Positions 56,901 to 63,512 of a DNA stretch of 63,512 nt are shown one piece after another (within the stretch, counting starts at the first letter, position 1; every line of letters begins with the position of its first letter). A program made the translations under genes and the position numbers. The DNA is taken from IMG/VR virus record IMGVR_UViG_3300006802_000101, positions 1 to 63,512 of that record; one strand, given 5' to 3'. The notes under the pieces are model-generated. The model did no database searches, had not been told where the DNA came from, and saw only the letters and a program-made list of their open reading frames with translations. This stretch comes from a virus. Lineage: Duplodnaviria > Caudoviricetes.

Positions 56901-59530
56901 CTTTGCTAGAAAAAGTAATAAACTCAGAGTATATAGATAAAATAGGTTATGCTGAAGATGTGCTGGTATCAGGTATAGATGCGGCTAATGGATACTTCCC
57001 AACTAAAAGGTTAGGAGAATTATCTAAAGAATCTATGGGCTTTAAACATGGTAACCCATTATACAGACAGATAAGATTAGGTTTAGAGTCTAAGCCAAGT
57101 CTAGCTCAAAAATCAGACACTAATAAAGGTGCTGACTTGTTATTAAGGGATATGGAGTTTATACCATTGTCTTTCTTGACAGGAAAAGCTAATGCTGAAA
57201 AAACAGGAAGAACATTAGATGAAGTTGTTATCACTCCAATAACTAGGAGTATGACTAGTGCTAAAGCTGACATAAACACAGTTGTTCAAGAATGGAATAA
57301 GATTACCTCTAGTGGTACGTTATCTAGACTATTTTCTCCTAGCTCTCCAATGCTTAGAAGAAAGCAGTTGAATGAAACTATGGAAAAGTTAGGCATGATT
57401 ATGCTGGAAAAACAGTATGAAGTTAACGGTGGTAATGGTAGTTTTGTAGATAGAGCTATAAGAGAGAATACAAACGATTACGGTACTGGTGATGCTAAAA
57501 GACTTCAAGAAGCTTACAATAAGCTACCTAAAAAGACTGTAGACGGCAAAGAAATGATTGACTGGAACGAAGCTTACAAAGGTCTCAGTAAAAAAGAAAA
57601 AGAGATATATGATTACGTAAGAGGTCAGTTTGAGGGTAATCTAAGAGATAAGCAGAGATTTGTTAACGAATACAGAGGTAAAGAGTTTCAAGATTTTGAA
57701 TCATACGTTCCTTTAATGAGATTTGGTAAAGTAGGTATTGAGGACTTTAAGAGTATAGATTTTGTAGAGCAGATAGCACAAGGTAAAGGTAAGACTGGAC
57801 TTGCTGCTGGAGTTGGTAAAGAAAGAACAACAATAGAGCCTTCTGCTGTAGAATTTAATATAGAGTCTTTACTTATGAGAAGTGTGGTTCAAACTAATAG
57901 GGACTTCCACATGACCCCAACTGTTAGAGAATCTTTCCAGATTATAGCTAATGCTCAAAATGAGTTTAAAAGTATACAACAAGAAACTCCAACAGACCAA
58001 ACTAACCTGAATGTTGGTAAATATTTAGATGCCTACAAAGAAAGAATGCAACAATCTTTAGGGGTTCAGTTTGATGTTTCTGGATACCAACAATCTTTTA
58101 TGCCGGCTCTTACTCAGAGATTGTCTGGAGCAGCTTATGCAGCATCTCTAAATAGGCCTGGTAGGCTTGCTGTAGAGACGGGAGTAGAGTATTTAAGGGT
58201 AGGTGTAGGTGCTAGTACCCCTGAAACACCAAATGTCATTATAAATCAGTTTAAAGAAAACATGGAGCGTATTGTTGGTGCTAGGTTTGAAGATGGTAAA
58301 ATTAAGTTTGGTAGACAAGACAATACAGCTAACGACTTAATGAATTTTACAAACAGCCAGTTTAGATTGAAGTTCAATAAGCATAGTATTAACGGTGAGT
58401 ACGATGTGTTATCTGGCCTTTACAGAAACGGTGCTTTGAAGACACTTAATGACTTTTTAATAAGTGCTCCTGATAGAGCCACTGTTTACTTAGCTTGGAT
58501 GCCTACATTCCAAACTCAATTCAAAGAGATTACTGGAGCATCTTTCAATAGAAAAGAATATAGACAAAACCCTTCTTACAGAAAACAGTTTGAAAAAGAA
58601 ATATTTGATGCTGCTGCTATAGCGGACAGAGAGGCTGTAAAATGGAAAAACACTACGTTAAAGGGTGGTGGTCGTAGTCAGATAAAACTTCCTTTTGGTT
58701 CAGTTGATGTTAACAACAGAACACTAGCTCCAATAGTAACCTACATGTCTAACTTTGGTGCTTTAGAGTCTTTAAACTTCGGTAGGTCTGCTAGAAATAT
58801 TTATTTTGGAAACACTCCAACTGAAAAAGCAAATGCTCTAAAACAAATATCAGCACAATTTGCTGGTGGTGTAGCTTATGGTATAGGAACTTCAATGGAG
58901 TTTTTGATGTATCAACAATTGGTAGCTGAATCAGAGCCTAACACTACCAAAAGAGCTCAAATGTTATCTGATATTGATGAAAAAAGAAGAGAGCTATTTT
59001 CTACTGAAGGTATAATAAAGACATCAGCTGCTAACGCAACATTCTTATTGACTAGTAAATACTCTCAGGTAGGTAGAAACTTAATGTTACTAACAGCTGG
59101 AGCCTTACAAGGTCTTACTGGTGATAAAGAAATGGATGATTTAATATCTGAATTTACTAAGATTGCATACTATGCAGAACCTTTAAATCTTGAGGGTTAT
59201 GGCCCTAAAACAGAGGTTATTAGAGCTGCTGCTCCTATGTACTACAATGCCATAGAGATTGTGATGGATAATGCGGAAGCCATAAGAAATTACAAAGAAG
59301 CCACAGATGGTAGTAAATCTTTCACTGACCCAGAGGGTAGAGAGGCCGCTGCACTGTTTGATATGCTTGTAAACCTACAAAGAGCCCTACTATTAACACA
59401 AGGTACTTCTATACCATTTAATAAGGATGTAGAGTATTTAAGTAGATATGGTATTGCTCCACTAGGTGGATTAGACGTTGAAGGGCCTACAAAAGGTACA
59501 GAAAGGACTAAAAAGTTCTTTAAGGAATAG
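50987..59530 (+). CDS. giant polyvalent ejection protein: LysM, lysozyme-like, ADP-ribosyltransferase-like and GNAT domains
   Basis: LysM YTVQEGDNFGSIA...LSIGQQLVV; HIETG...AMGRYQ; YFHGS...GMHFG...GFDSI; GVGDKIIQKAVEEGGRTLDNYDGYLTKIYEKNGF. Confidence 0.75.
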   Translation: MAEEQVLQVQGANPDDSDNTTTITNSGRDALSVYPSFYATAMANDSNPEMIRQKFPELDDSQFSLLTSKFYKDSSQEPQYYTVQEGDNFGSIAKNNNLYQFDLSKLNPRVKKDKLSIGQQLVVGGSPEANLSSAIYSRDVDYTNTITENINPEQKLNIIGHIETGKSAEVARGEDPYSIENSSGAMGRYQIKFNEKGPDANYRKILKDGGFDVNTKEQFLANPKAQDFLMTNLLNNDYAKQVTQIRTQATKHSSKYSDFDIMMSIHKIGYPQTLKKLKKGSLPVGEVKNLKGERIDDEVGTYVQNGRDFIKNNGYDNLLFSQENRYSRDGTRIPTNYYPDGDPELVRTGKATSSALQKSDNIKNVIINEDELDDAEFQWYTSNDYKRFTDFVRLTNSLVSKEVNQAFSFLDPSTEFGDVESAEVAISSYNEAKNNIFANQVTRLQEYIESEPFERLIASIGQEGSFSSEDFDEDSDLFEVVGFSNKYLQGEAFLSKVLYDEIETQVGQVFNEAIVQNILPLLSGKENFEEYENYLEETSNYNKEYVEKFPHLIDGSAVAGGLTNTTKEDVANRRDYYTFAFDKLEGIFPKGVLDGIPAVIKEELAVRAADSHWWNTSGAKDEYDQIIAENLETYGVIDPHQAMMQWNKRYFDLSQSNISEGEMFNQLESYAKELGAFDVETSPSADGGYSMIIIPNQVNQKSFDTIQNLAYQDIENKYPKGEVDNSLEYFVKESVNKNSLGLAYTALTDRKLFSTYGYNPSESEGFWTDVGSFVFDPLFMAGGALGKAAVNYGGRFVINQSWKNTVRGAAKLEAAGYTTEQATRAYKLYSAAKMNQKGYKYVATTVPGATSFATFDAGQDVFRQKISAGEWAEVDYIQSLKSGGKGFILGFGVSNVGYGFGRMYNQMAQRGIPKYAEWFAKPVEFGAEVSAFTLGSSVLHGTDIKFQDFVETGKFLGGLKLTHGIRNAPHKILKTAENIKNHRSLYAPKPESRYDAFGKFSESERKQIIRELDLEVNSSPDKVFESLALSPDNLIKALNSKNVDIYLKQKLNYAFFNSVANVTNSKTGDIDVDAYFTTVPKDVKMNSMVNPKSGKIEYTVDILNNKGEKLYTEIFESKSEALKAEKQFIEASSQGFAFESMINLKRESVSDFNTLLEKNGITESHLVEIFEKGVTNVAPEVRNKVMEMANEASAKATEINKNKIAEAEAFMPMDKPSEMRSGDPALYGQYLRMQKEGKEMTAEQKAELERLNNTSGKELDSVYSEVMGKERTVEVKEPTVEKEVKEEAPEVKTEEAPVEGESKTYFHGSKDKPVISSSMSRFEKGMGMHFGVNKQQAEVRNEKKGTKDGNIFEYNLEPKNSLKVERDFVWEGNEAAEKRFKEDPNAYLREKEQNKELGIESDWFGDYLLDNKIVTQKELQKDPSPAGIRKLLVDKGFDSINYLNTGEVAKGGKPDRSIIALTPDIIKEIGAKPEVKLSNKKETFTQELDKAKSEKPEDYWSVDKVDSKDLKGSKLIEVDGGYGVVTKEGDIKGVFKKPDSKEKGVGDKIIQKAVEEGGRTLDNYDGYLTKIYEKNGFRVVSRTPFNEQYAPEGYNKEKHGTPDIVTMIYDPLKKLDIQEKTFKGETGYDKAIEYRNSFLEQSQKEYKPLSEKQKTRKKFNERIKQIRSEYQGKIDLLKEGTREKANKIKEVRSNLTEVINETNFSGPITKNLLKKASNVKNEKGLENFVQEIEKLNYRNDVKNINEDINSLKRSVRSKLQSGEFGDIKTKALVNDLLDINFREIETTMGTAEGQTGMKLLNDVKLAMEQLARPRVGAVAGKSSQSEMKSIIENANKLVSEYRAKKESDKIKSQTDAVTTVEQVESLVKEQLSKVEGFEFEAGSLTGSEVRSYSSAALRIRRAQQKLNEALDAGIIESKVYNELSDKIEIASEELLSKRGEFTKASYNEGIEYMREVLNNFESYPNYTSQQKALLEKVINSEYIDKIGYAEDVLVSGIDAANGYFPTKRLGELSKESMGFKHGNPLYRQIRLGLESKPSLAQKSDTNKGADLLLRDMEFIPLSFLTGKANAEKTGRTLDEVVITPITRSMTSAKADINTVVQEWNKITSSGTLSRLFSPSSPMLRRKQLNETMEKLGMIMLEKQYEVNGGNGSFVDRAIRENTNDYGTGDAKRLQEAYNKLPKKTVDGKEMIDWNEAYKGLSKKEKEIYDYVRGQFEGNLRDKQRFVNEYRGKEFQDFESYVPLMRFGKVGIEDFKSIDFVEQIAQGKGKTGLAAGVGKERTTIEPSAVEFNIESLLMRSVVQTNRDFHMTPTVRESFQIIANAQNEFKSIQQETPTDQTNLNVGKYLDAYKERMQQSLGVQFDVSGYQQSFMPALTQRLSGAAYAASLNRPGRLAVETGVEYLRVGVGASTPETPNVIINQFKENMERIVGARFEDGKIKFGRQDNTANDLMNFTNSQFRLKFNKHSINGEYDVLSGLYRNGALKTLNDFLISAPDRATVYLAWMPTFQTQFKEITGASFNRKEYRQNPSYRKQFEKEIFDAAAIADREAVKWKNTTLKGGGRSQIKLPFGSVDVNNRTLAPIVTYMSNFGALESLNFGRSARNIYFGNTPTEKANALKQISAQFAGGVAYGIGTSMEFLMYQQLVAESEPNTTKRAQMLSDIDEKRRELFSTEGIIKTSAANATFLLTSKYSQVGRNLMLLTAGALQGLTGDKEMDDLISEFTKIAYYAEPLNLEGYGPKTEVIRAAAPMYYNAIEIVMDNAEAIRNYKEATDGSKSFTDPEGREAAALFDMLVNLQRALLLTQGTSIPFNKDVEYLSRYGIAPLGGLDVEGPTKGTERTKKFFKE

Positions 59531-59546
59531 AAACATAAAAATTAAC

Positions 59547-59577
59547 TTTGTTAATAACTTTAAAAACACTATATTTG
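59547..59577 (+). promoter_or_regulatory. late promoter with overlapping TGTTAATAA box
   Basis: TTTG-N19-TATATTTG; box at 59549-59557. Confidence 0.75.
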
Positions 59578-59599
59578 TAAACTATAAAAACTTTTAATT

Positions 59600-60316
59600 A
59601 TGTCAAAAATAGAACAATTATCAATAGGAATGGGAGGCCCAACCCTTTTGATGTCAGACGGGGATTCAGCTAACAATATTAGGGGTTATGCTATACAAGC
59701 CTTAGAGGATTGTATTTTTTCTCAATTAGACCTTGACCAAACCCCATCTATCCCATTTGGTGAAAAACTACAAATCACAGCCGTCACTAATGCTGATAAT
59801 GAATTTACCTTAGACTCTGCTGATATAGCAAAATTATCAGTTGGCGACAAAGTTTTCTATAATGCTGGAGGAGTGGACATGCCTCTAGGAACAGTACAAG
59901 ATGGAGAGGGTAGAGCAACAGAATTTAAAGATAAGTCTATATACTTTATTCAAGCTATCGACACAACCAATAATCAGATTAAAATAGAAGAGACATTAGG
60001 AGCTGGAGCGATAACGCTTTCTGATGACGGCACATTATATGGGGTTAATTCCTTTTTTGCTAAAGTAGACGCTAACTTTTCTTTCGGTACTTTTACTAGA
60101 AATGCATCTTCTAACGATAGAACACACGAAATAGTAGGCAATGTAGATGGTCGTATATTCAAAACAGCTGATGATTCTGGGTTACAAGTTAACATGTTTG
60201 ACACTACAGGCGGTGCAAATGTAGGTGATGTACAGATACCAAGAGGTATGACTGTTTACTTACCAATAACCGACATAACATTAACATCAGGAGCCTGTAT
60301 AGTATACACAAGATAA
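59600..60316 (+). CDS. putative tail/virion structural protein
   Basis: AIQALED N-terminus and IPRGMTVY...ITLTSG C-terminus flanking an inserted beta module. Confidence 0.55.
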   Translation: MSKIEQLSIGMGGPTLLMSDGDSANNIRGYAIQALEDCIFSQLDLDQTPSIPFGEKLQITAVTNADNEFTLDSADIAKLSVGDKVFYNAGGVDMPLGTVQDGEGRATEFKDKSIYFIQAIDTTNNQIKIEETLGAGAITLSDDGTLYGVNSFFAKVDANFSFGTFTRNASSNDRTHEIVGNVDGRIFKTADDSGLQVNMFDTTGGANVGDVQIPRGMTVYLPITDITLTSGACIVYTR

Positions 60317-60317
60317 A

Positions 60318-62441
60318 ATGGCGGGTAGTTTAGGTATAGGTTTAGGTTTAGGAGGTTCAGTAGGAGGTGGGAATAATAATTCCTACACTGCTGTTGCTGG
60401 TCTATTATGGGAGCTTCCATCTGAATTAGTACTTAATGGTGACTTTGATGAGATTGGGCCACAACTAATTCAGAACCCAAACTTTAGCCTTGGGCTAGAT
60501 TTAACTACTAATGGGGATTTTAGTAATGGTTCGACTGATTGGGAAGAAGAAGGTTCTTCTGAAATAACAGTAGGAACGTATCAAGGTAGAGAAAATGTTG
60601 CTCGAATAAATATAAATGATACATCTACAGGTTCAAGAATAAGGCAGCCATTTACTTATGTTAATGGAACTACCTATAAAATTGTAGTAAATGTATATTT
60701 GGAAAGTGGCAGTTTTAGAGTAGATAGTTCTAATTCATTTGTAAGCACGGACTTTGTTCAAACTACCGATACGGGTTCTTGGCAGACATTGACTGCTTAT
60801 TTTACTACTATATCTAGTGGCTCTAATTATATATGGTTAAGGTCATCAACTGAAGTTTCAGAATTTTATGTAGAAAACATATCAGTACAAGAAGTTCCTT
60901 ATTGGACTTTAGGTACAGGTTGGAGTGTAGAAGATGGTGTAGCAGTAGCTTCAAACTCTAGTGCTAATGCTACGCAAGAAACATTCACGATAGATGCAGC
61001 TAAAACTTATAAGATAGATTTTACTATTTCTGATTATGGAGGTGGAACCTTTTTCATAACTTTTGGTGGTAATGATAACTCTTCTAATTTCACAGCTAAT
61101 GGCAGTTATACTGTTTATATAACTCCTACCAATAGAGTTAATAATATATTTTATTTAAGAGGCTCAGGTTTTACAGGCAAAATAGACAACATATCAGTAA
61201 AAGAAGTAGTAGGGTGGACTTTAGGTACAGGTTGGAGTGTAGAAGATGGTAAAGCTAGTAATAATGGTTCAAGTGGTTCTAATAACCTAACACAACCATC
61301 CATTTTAGAAGTTGATGAAAGTTATGAGATTACTATAACTGTTTCTGATTATGTTTCAGGAAACGTAGAAGTATCAGCGGGTGCATCACCTAGAGGTGAA
61401 GTGTCAGCTAATGGCACTTATACTTTTTACCAACAAGCTACTCCAAATAATAACTTTTATATTATTGCAAATTCGTTTGAAGGCTCAATAGAAAATGTAT
61501 CAGTAAAAGAATTTGCACTAAAACCATATCCCGCTGGAATAGTATCAGATTACAATTTAGCATGGGATTTAGATGGTTTAAATTACATGCCACAAGCTAG
61601 TCCATCTACTGATGGAAACTGGGAAGTTGTTTTGGGTGATGAATTAGTACAAAACGGTGATTTTGAGGACTTGGGTGATAACTACATTATAAATCCTACG
61701 TGTGACACCTCTATACCGTTTGGAACAAATGGAAGTGGATGGAAAACTATAGATGCTTCTAATGATGGTACTATAGAGTTTTTTAACGGAGGTATTAAAT
61801 TGACTAGAGTAGGTAGCACTCTTAAAAGATTAAGAGCTACACTATCTAACGGCTCTCAAGATGTTATACCTAGCACTGTAAAAACATATAAAATACAATA
61901 CGAAGTTATTTCTGCAACTGACGACAGCTCGTTAGCTGGCATGTATTTTGGGGGAGCTAGTATTCCACAGTCTTCCATAAGTACTACAGTCGGAGTTAAT
62001 ACCATTTACGCTGAATCAGGTGGCTCTAACGGTATAATTCAGTTTCAAGCGTACAACGATAAAGAAGTTGTTTTAGACAACATATCAGTACAACAAGTAG
62101 ACCCTAATGATAGGTGGAACGCAGGCAATAAATGGTCAATAAGTGGAGGTACTGCTAATAAAGCAACAGATGCAACTTCTAATATATCACAAGCAATAGA
62201 TGGAATTAGTGGAAAGCTACAAAAAGTTGTATTTACAGTTAGTAATTATGGTGGTAGTGGTGGTGTAGGTGCATCTGCTGATGGCTCAAATTATACTCAA
62301 AACGAGGGAAATGGTACTTTTACAGAATATATAACACCAAATAGTAACAACTTATATATTAGAGCAAGTTATTCATTTGTAGGTTCGATAGACAACGTAT
62401 CAGTAAAAGAAGGCGGAGAATTAATACCTAAAGAAATATAA
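60318..62441 (+). CDS. putative receptor-binding protein with repeated CBM4-like modules
   Basis: repeated L..NGDF starts and (D/E)N(I/V)SV(K/Q)(E/Q) ends; exact 36-nt repeat at 60903-60938 and 61215-61250. Confidence 0.65.
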   Translation: MAGSLGIGLGLGGSVGGGNNNSYTAVAGLLWELPSELVLNGDFDEIGPQLIQNPNFSLGLDLTTNGDFSNGSTDWEEEGSSEITVGTYQGRENVARININDTSTGSRIRQPFTYVNGTTYKIVVNVYLESGSFRVDSSNSFVSTDFVQTTDTGSWQTLTAYFTTISSGSNYIWLRSSTEVSEFYVENISVQEVPYWTLGTGWSVEDGVAVASNSSANATQETFTIDAAKTYKIDFTISDYGGGTFFITFGGNDNSSNFTANGSYTVYITPTNRVNNIFYLRGSGFTGKIDNISVKEVVGWTLGTGWSVEDGKASNNGSSGSNNLTQPSILEVDESYEITITVSDYVSGNVEVSAGASPRGEVSANGTYTFYQQATPNNNFYIIANSFEGSIENVSVKEFALKPYPAGIVSDYNLAWDLDGLNYMPQASPSTDGNWEVVLGDELVQNGDFEDLGDNYIINPTCDTSIPFGTNGSGWKTIDASNDGTIEFFNGGIKLTRVGSTLKRLRATLSNGSQDVIPSTVKTYKIQYEVISATDDSSLAGMYFGGASIPQSSISTTVGVNTIYAESGGSNGIIQFQAYNDKEVVLDNISVQQVDPNDRWNAGNKWSISGGTANKATDATSNISQAIDGISGKLQKVVFTVSNYGGSGGVGASADGSNYTQNEGNGTFTEYITPNSNNLYIRASYSFVGSIDNVSVKEGGELIPKEI

Positions 62442-62460
62442 TAAATAAAAATAAAATAAT

Positions 62461-63336
62461 ATGGCAACACCAAATATATTACCAAGAGCAAACGGAGAAG
62501 GAGAATTAGGAACATCTTCTAAAGCTTGGTCTAAAAGCTGTGTTTCAGCAGTCTCAAGAGTAGGAACTGATGACACTCTAAACATTCAAGTAACACCGAA
62601 TAGAATAGCAATTACTGGTTCAGAAAATGATACTGCGGTTTTTACATCAAACACAAACGGAGCTTTAAATCTAACCACAAATGATTCGTCTGGCTCTGCT
62701 GCACATCTTACAATTAATGTTGACGGAGATGTAGAGATTGATTCTACTACTGGAGTCATTAAGTTTGAAAAAAGCAGCACTGAGATAGGCAACATAAAAG
62801 ATACATTTTCTCAGCTTAACACAATAGAATATGTTAGAGTTTTAGGATATACATCAGGAACAGCTAGTACAGATGTATTCGGGCCAGACATTTCTCAGGG
62901 CTCAACTTCTCACGTATGGGCAGACTCTCTTTTTGCTGATGGGGCTACGGCACAAGTAGTATCACCTGACAGGGCTATACAAGCAGCTCAGTTAGTTGCT
63001 GGTAGAGGTGGATATATAAGAAACATAAGCGGATGGATTTCTGGTACTGGTGGTAAAACAGCTACTTTTAGAGTATTTAAAGCTACGCCTAGCGATGATG
63101 GTTCAGGAGCTCTAGCCTTGACAGAACTCGGTCAATCTAACGGTGTAGATGTAGCTTTAGACGGAACAGGTGAGTCTACTAGAATAGATTATAACGCTGT
63201 AGCAAGTTCTGACCTTGGTAGTTCATCTACGTTTTCTGCTAACGACTTAATAGTTGTGGGTCTTCAAAGTGACAGCTCTGGAATGGTTTCTAGATTTGCT
63301 TTAACTATGGAGGTTGTATACACAGAAATAATCTAA
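62461..63336 (+). CDS. putative tail fibre protein
   Basis: ILPRANGEGELGTSSKAW N-terminal tail-fibre motif; beta-rich. Confidence 0.6.
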   Translation: MATPNILPRANGEGELGTSSKAWSKSCVSAVSRVGTDDTLNIQVTPNRIAITGSENDTAVFTSNTNGALNLTTNDSSGSAAHLTINVDGDVEIDSTTGVIKFEKSSTEIGNIKDTFSQLNTIEYVRVLGYTSGTASTDVFGPDISQGSTSHVWADSLFADGATAQVVSPDRAIQAAQLVAGRGGYIRNISGWISGTGGKTATFRVFKATPSDDGSGALALTELGQSNGVDVALDGTGESTRIDYNAVASSDLGSSSTFSANDLIVVGLQSDSSGMVSRFALTMEVVYTEII

Positions 63337-63347
63337 AATATAGAGTA

Positions 63348-63512
63348 ATGGCAACAACGGCAAAAGAAATAGCATTGATGCAACAAAGAATGGATAATAT
63401 GGAGAAGAAACTCGACAAGATGGACGAGAAGTTAGATAGTCTTTGTAAGCAATTACTAGACCCAGATAATGGTGTGACCGCTAGGGTAAATAAAAATACT
63501 GCTGCGAGAAAA
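63348..63512 (+). CDS. coiled-coil protein, partial (runs off window end)
   Basis: MATTAKEIALMQQRMDNMEKKLDKMDEKLDSLCKQLLDPDNGVTARVNKNT. Confidence 0.6.
   Translation, partial: MATTAKEIALMQQRMDNMEKKLDKMDEKLDSLCKQLLDPDNGVTARVNKNTAARK

Noticed and set aside
50987-59530. virion RNA polymerase as in crAss-like or N4-like phages
   Set aside because: No convincing catalytic DxDxD context (GDIDVD at ~54190 lacks supporting motifs), and host-type promoters are used throughout.
27120-59530. stop-codon reassignment, introns or inteins as in some crAss-like phages
   Set aside because: Core genes are full length and uninterrupted in the standard code, TAG and TGA both serve as stops, and I saw no intein or homing-endonuclease motifs.
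1143-62795. numerous 60-155-aa antisense or out-of-frame ORFs in the track (e.g. 3461-3799, 7880-8347, 9675-10061, 41176-41508, 54772-55170)
   Set aside because: They are nested within longer, motif-supported genes and have shadow-like composition.
60318-63336. diversity-generating retroelement targeting tail proteins
   Set aside because: No reverse transcriptase in the window, and the repeats are exact in-frame module repeats rather than adenine-variant TR/VR pairs.

Overview
AT-rich dsDNA tailed-phage genome segment, probably most of the genome of a phage infecting Bacteroidota (likely marine Flavobacteriia). The host call rests on many TTTG-N19/20-TAnnTTTG host-type promoters and A-rich leaders without Shine-Dalgarno sites. 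The left arm (1-23.2 kb, minus strand) holds a metallophosphoesterase, a 1352-aa Cys-repeat protein, a replication/recombination block (primase-helicase, initiator, SSB, DnaA domain IV protein, exonuclease VIII-like protein, SSAP), about 25 small early genes, a ~0.9-kb non-coding control region and an operon of basic microproteins. The right arm (plus strand) has a crAss-like podovirus morphogenesis order: GroES-like protein, TerS?, TerL, portal, scaffold, MCP, ring proteins, a 3322-aa muzzle-like protein, ejection proteins including a 2847-aa polyvalent protein, and tail/receptor-binding proteins. I saw no integrase, DNA polymerase, tRNA or CRISPR array. Main observations: (1) a 14-bp palindrome TCGGACTTGTCCGA repeated 9 times only in the early region, mostly inside genes as S-D-K-S; (2) a canonical type I hammerhead ribozyme in the early transcript; (3) interleaved Fur-box-like and IHF-like palindromes upstream of the early promoters; (4) TGTTAATAA DnaA-box-like motifs at promoters alongside a phage DnaA domain IV protein; (5) 11-bp-phased AGCAATGCT iteron-like clusters at two loci; (6) a split, repeat-extended muzzle gene. 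All product calls come from motif recognition by eye; no database searches were run.
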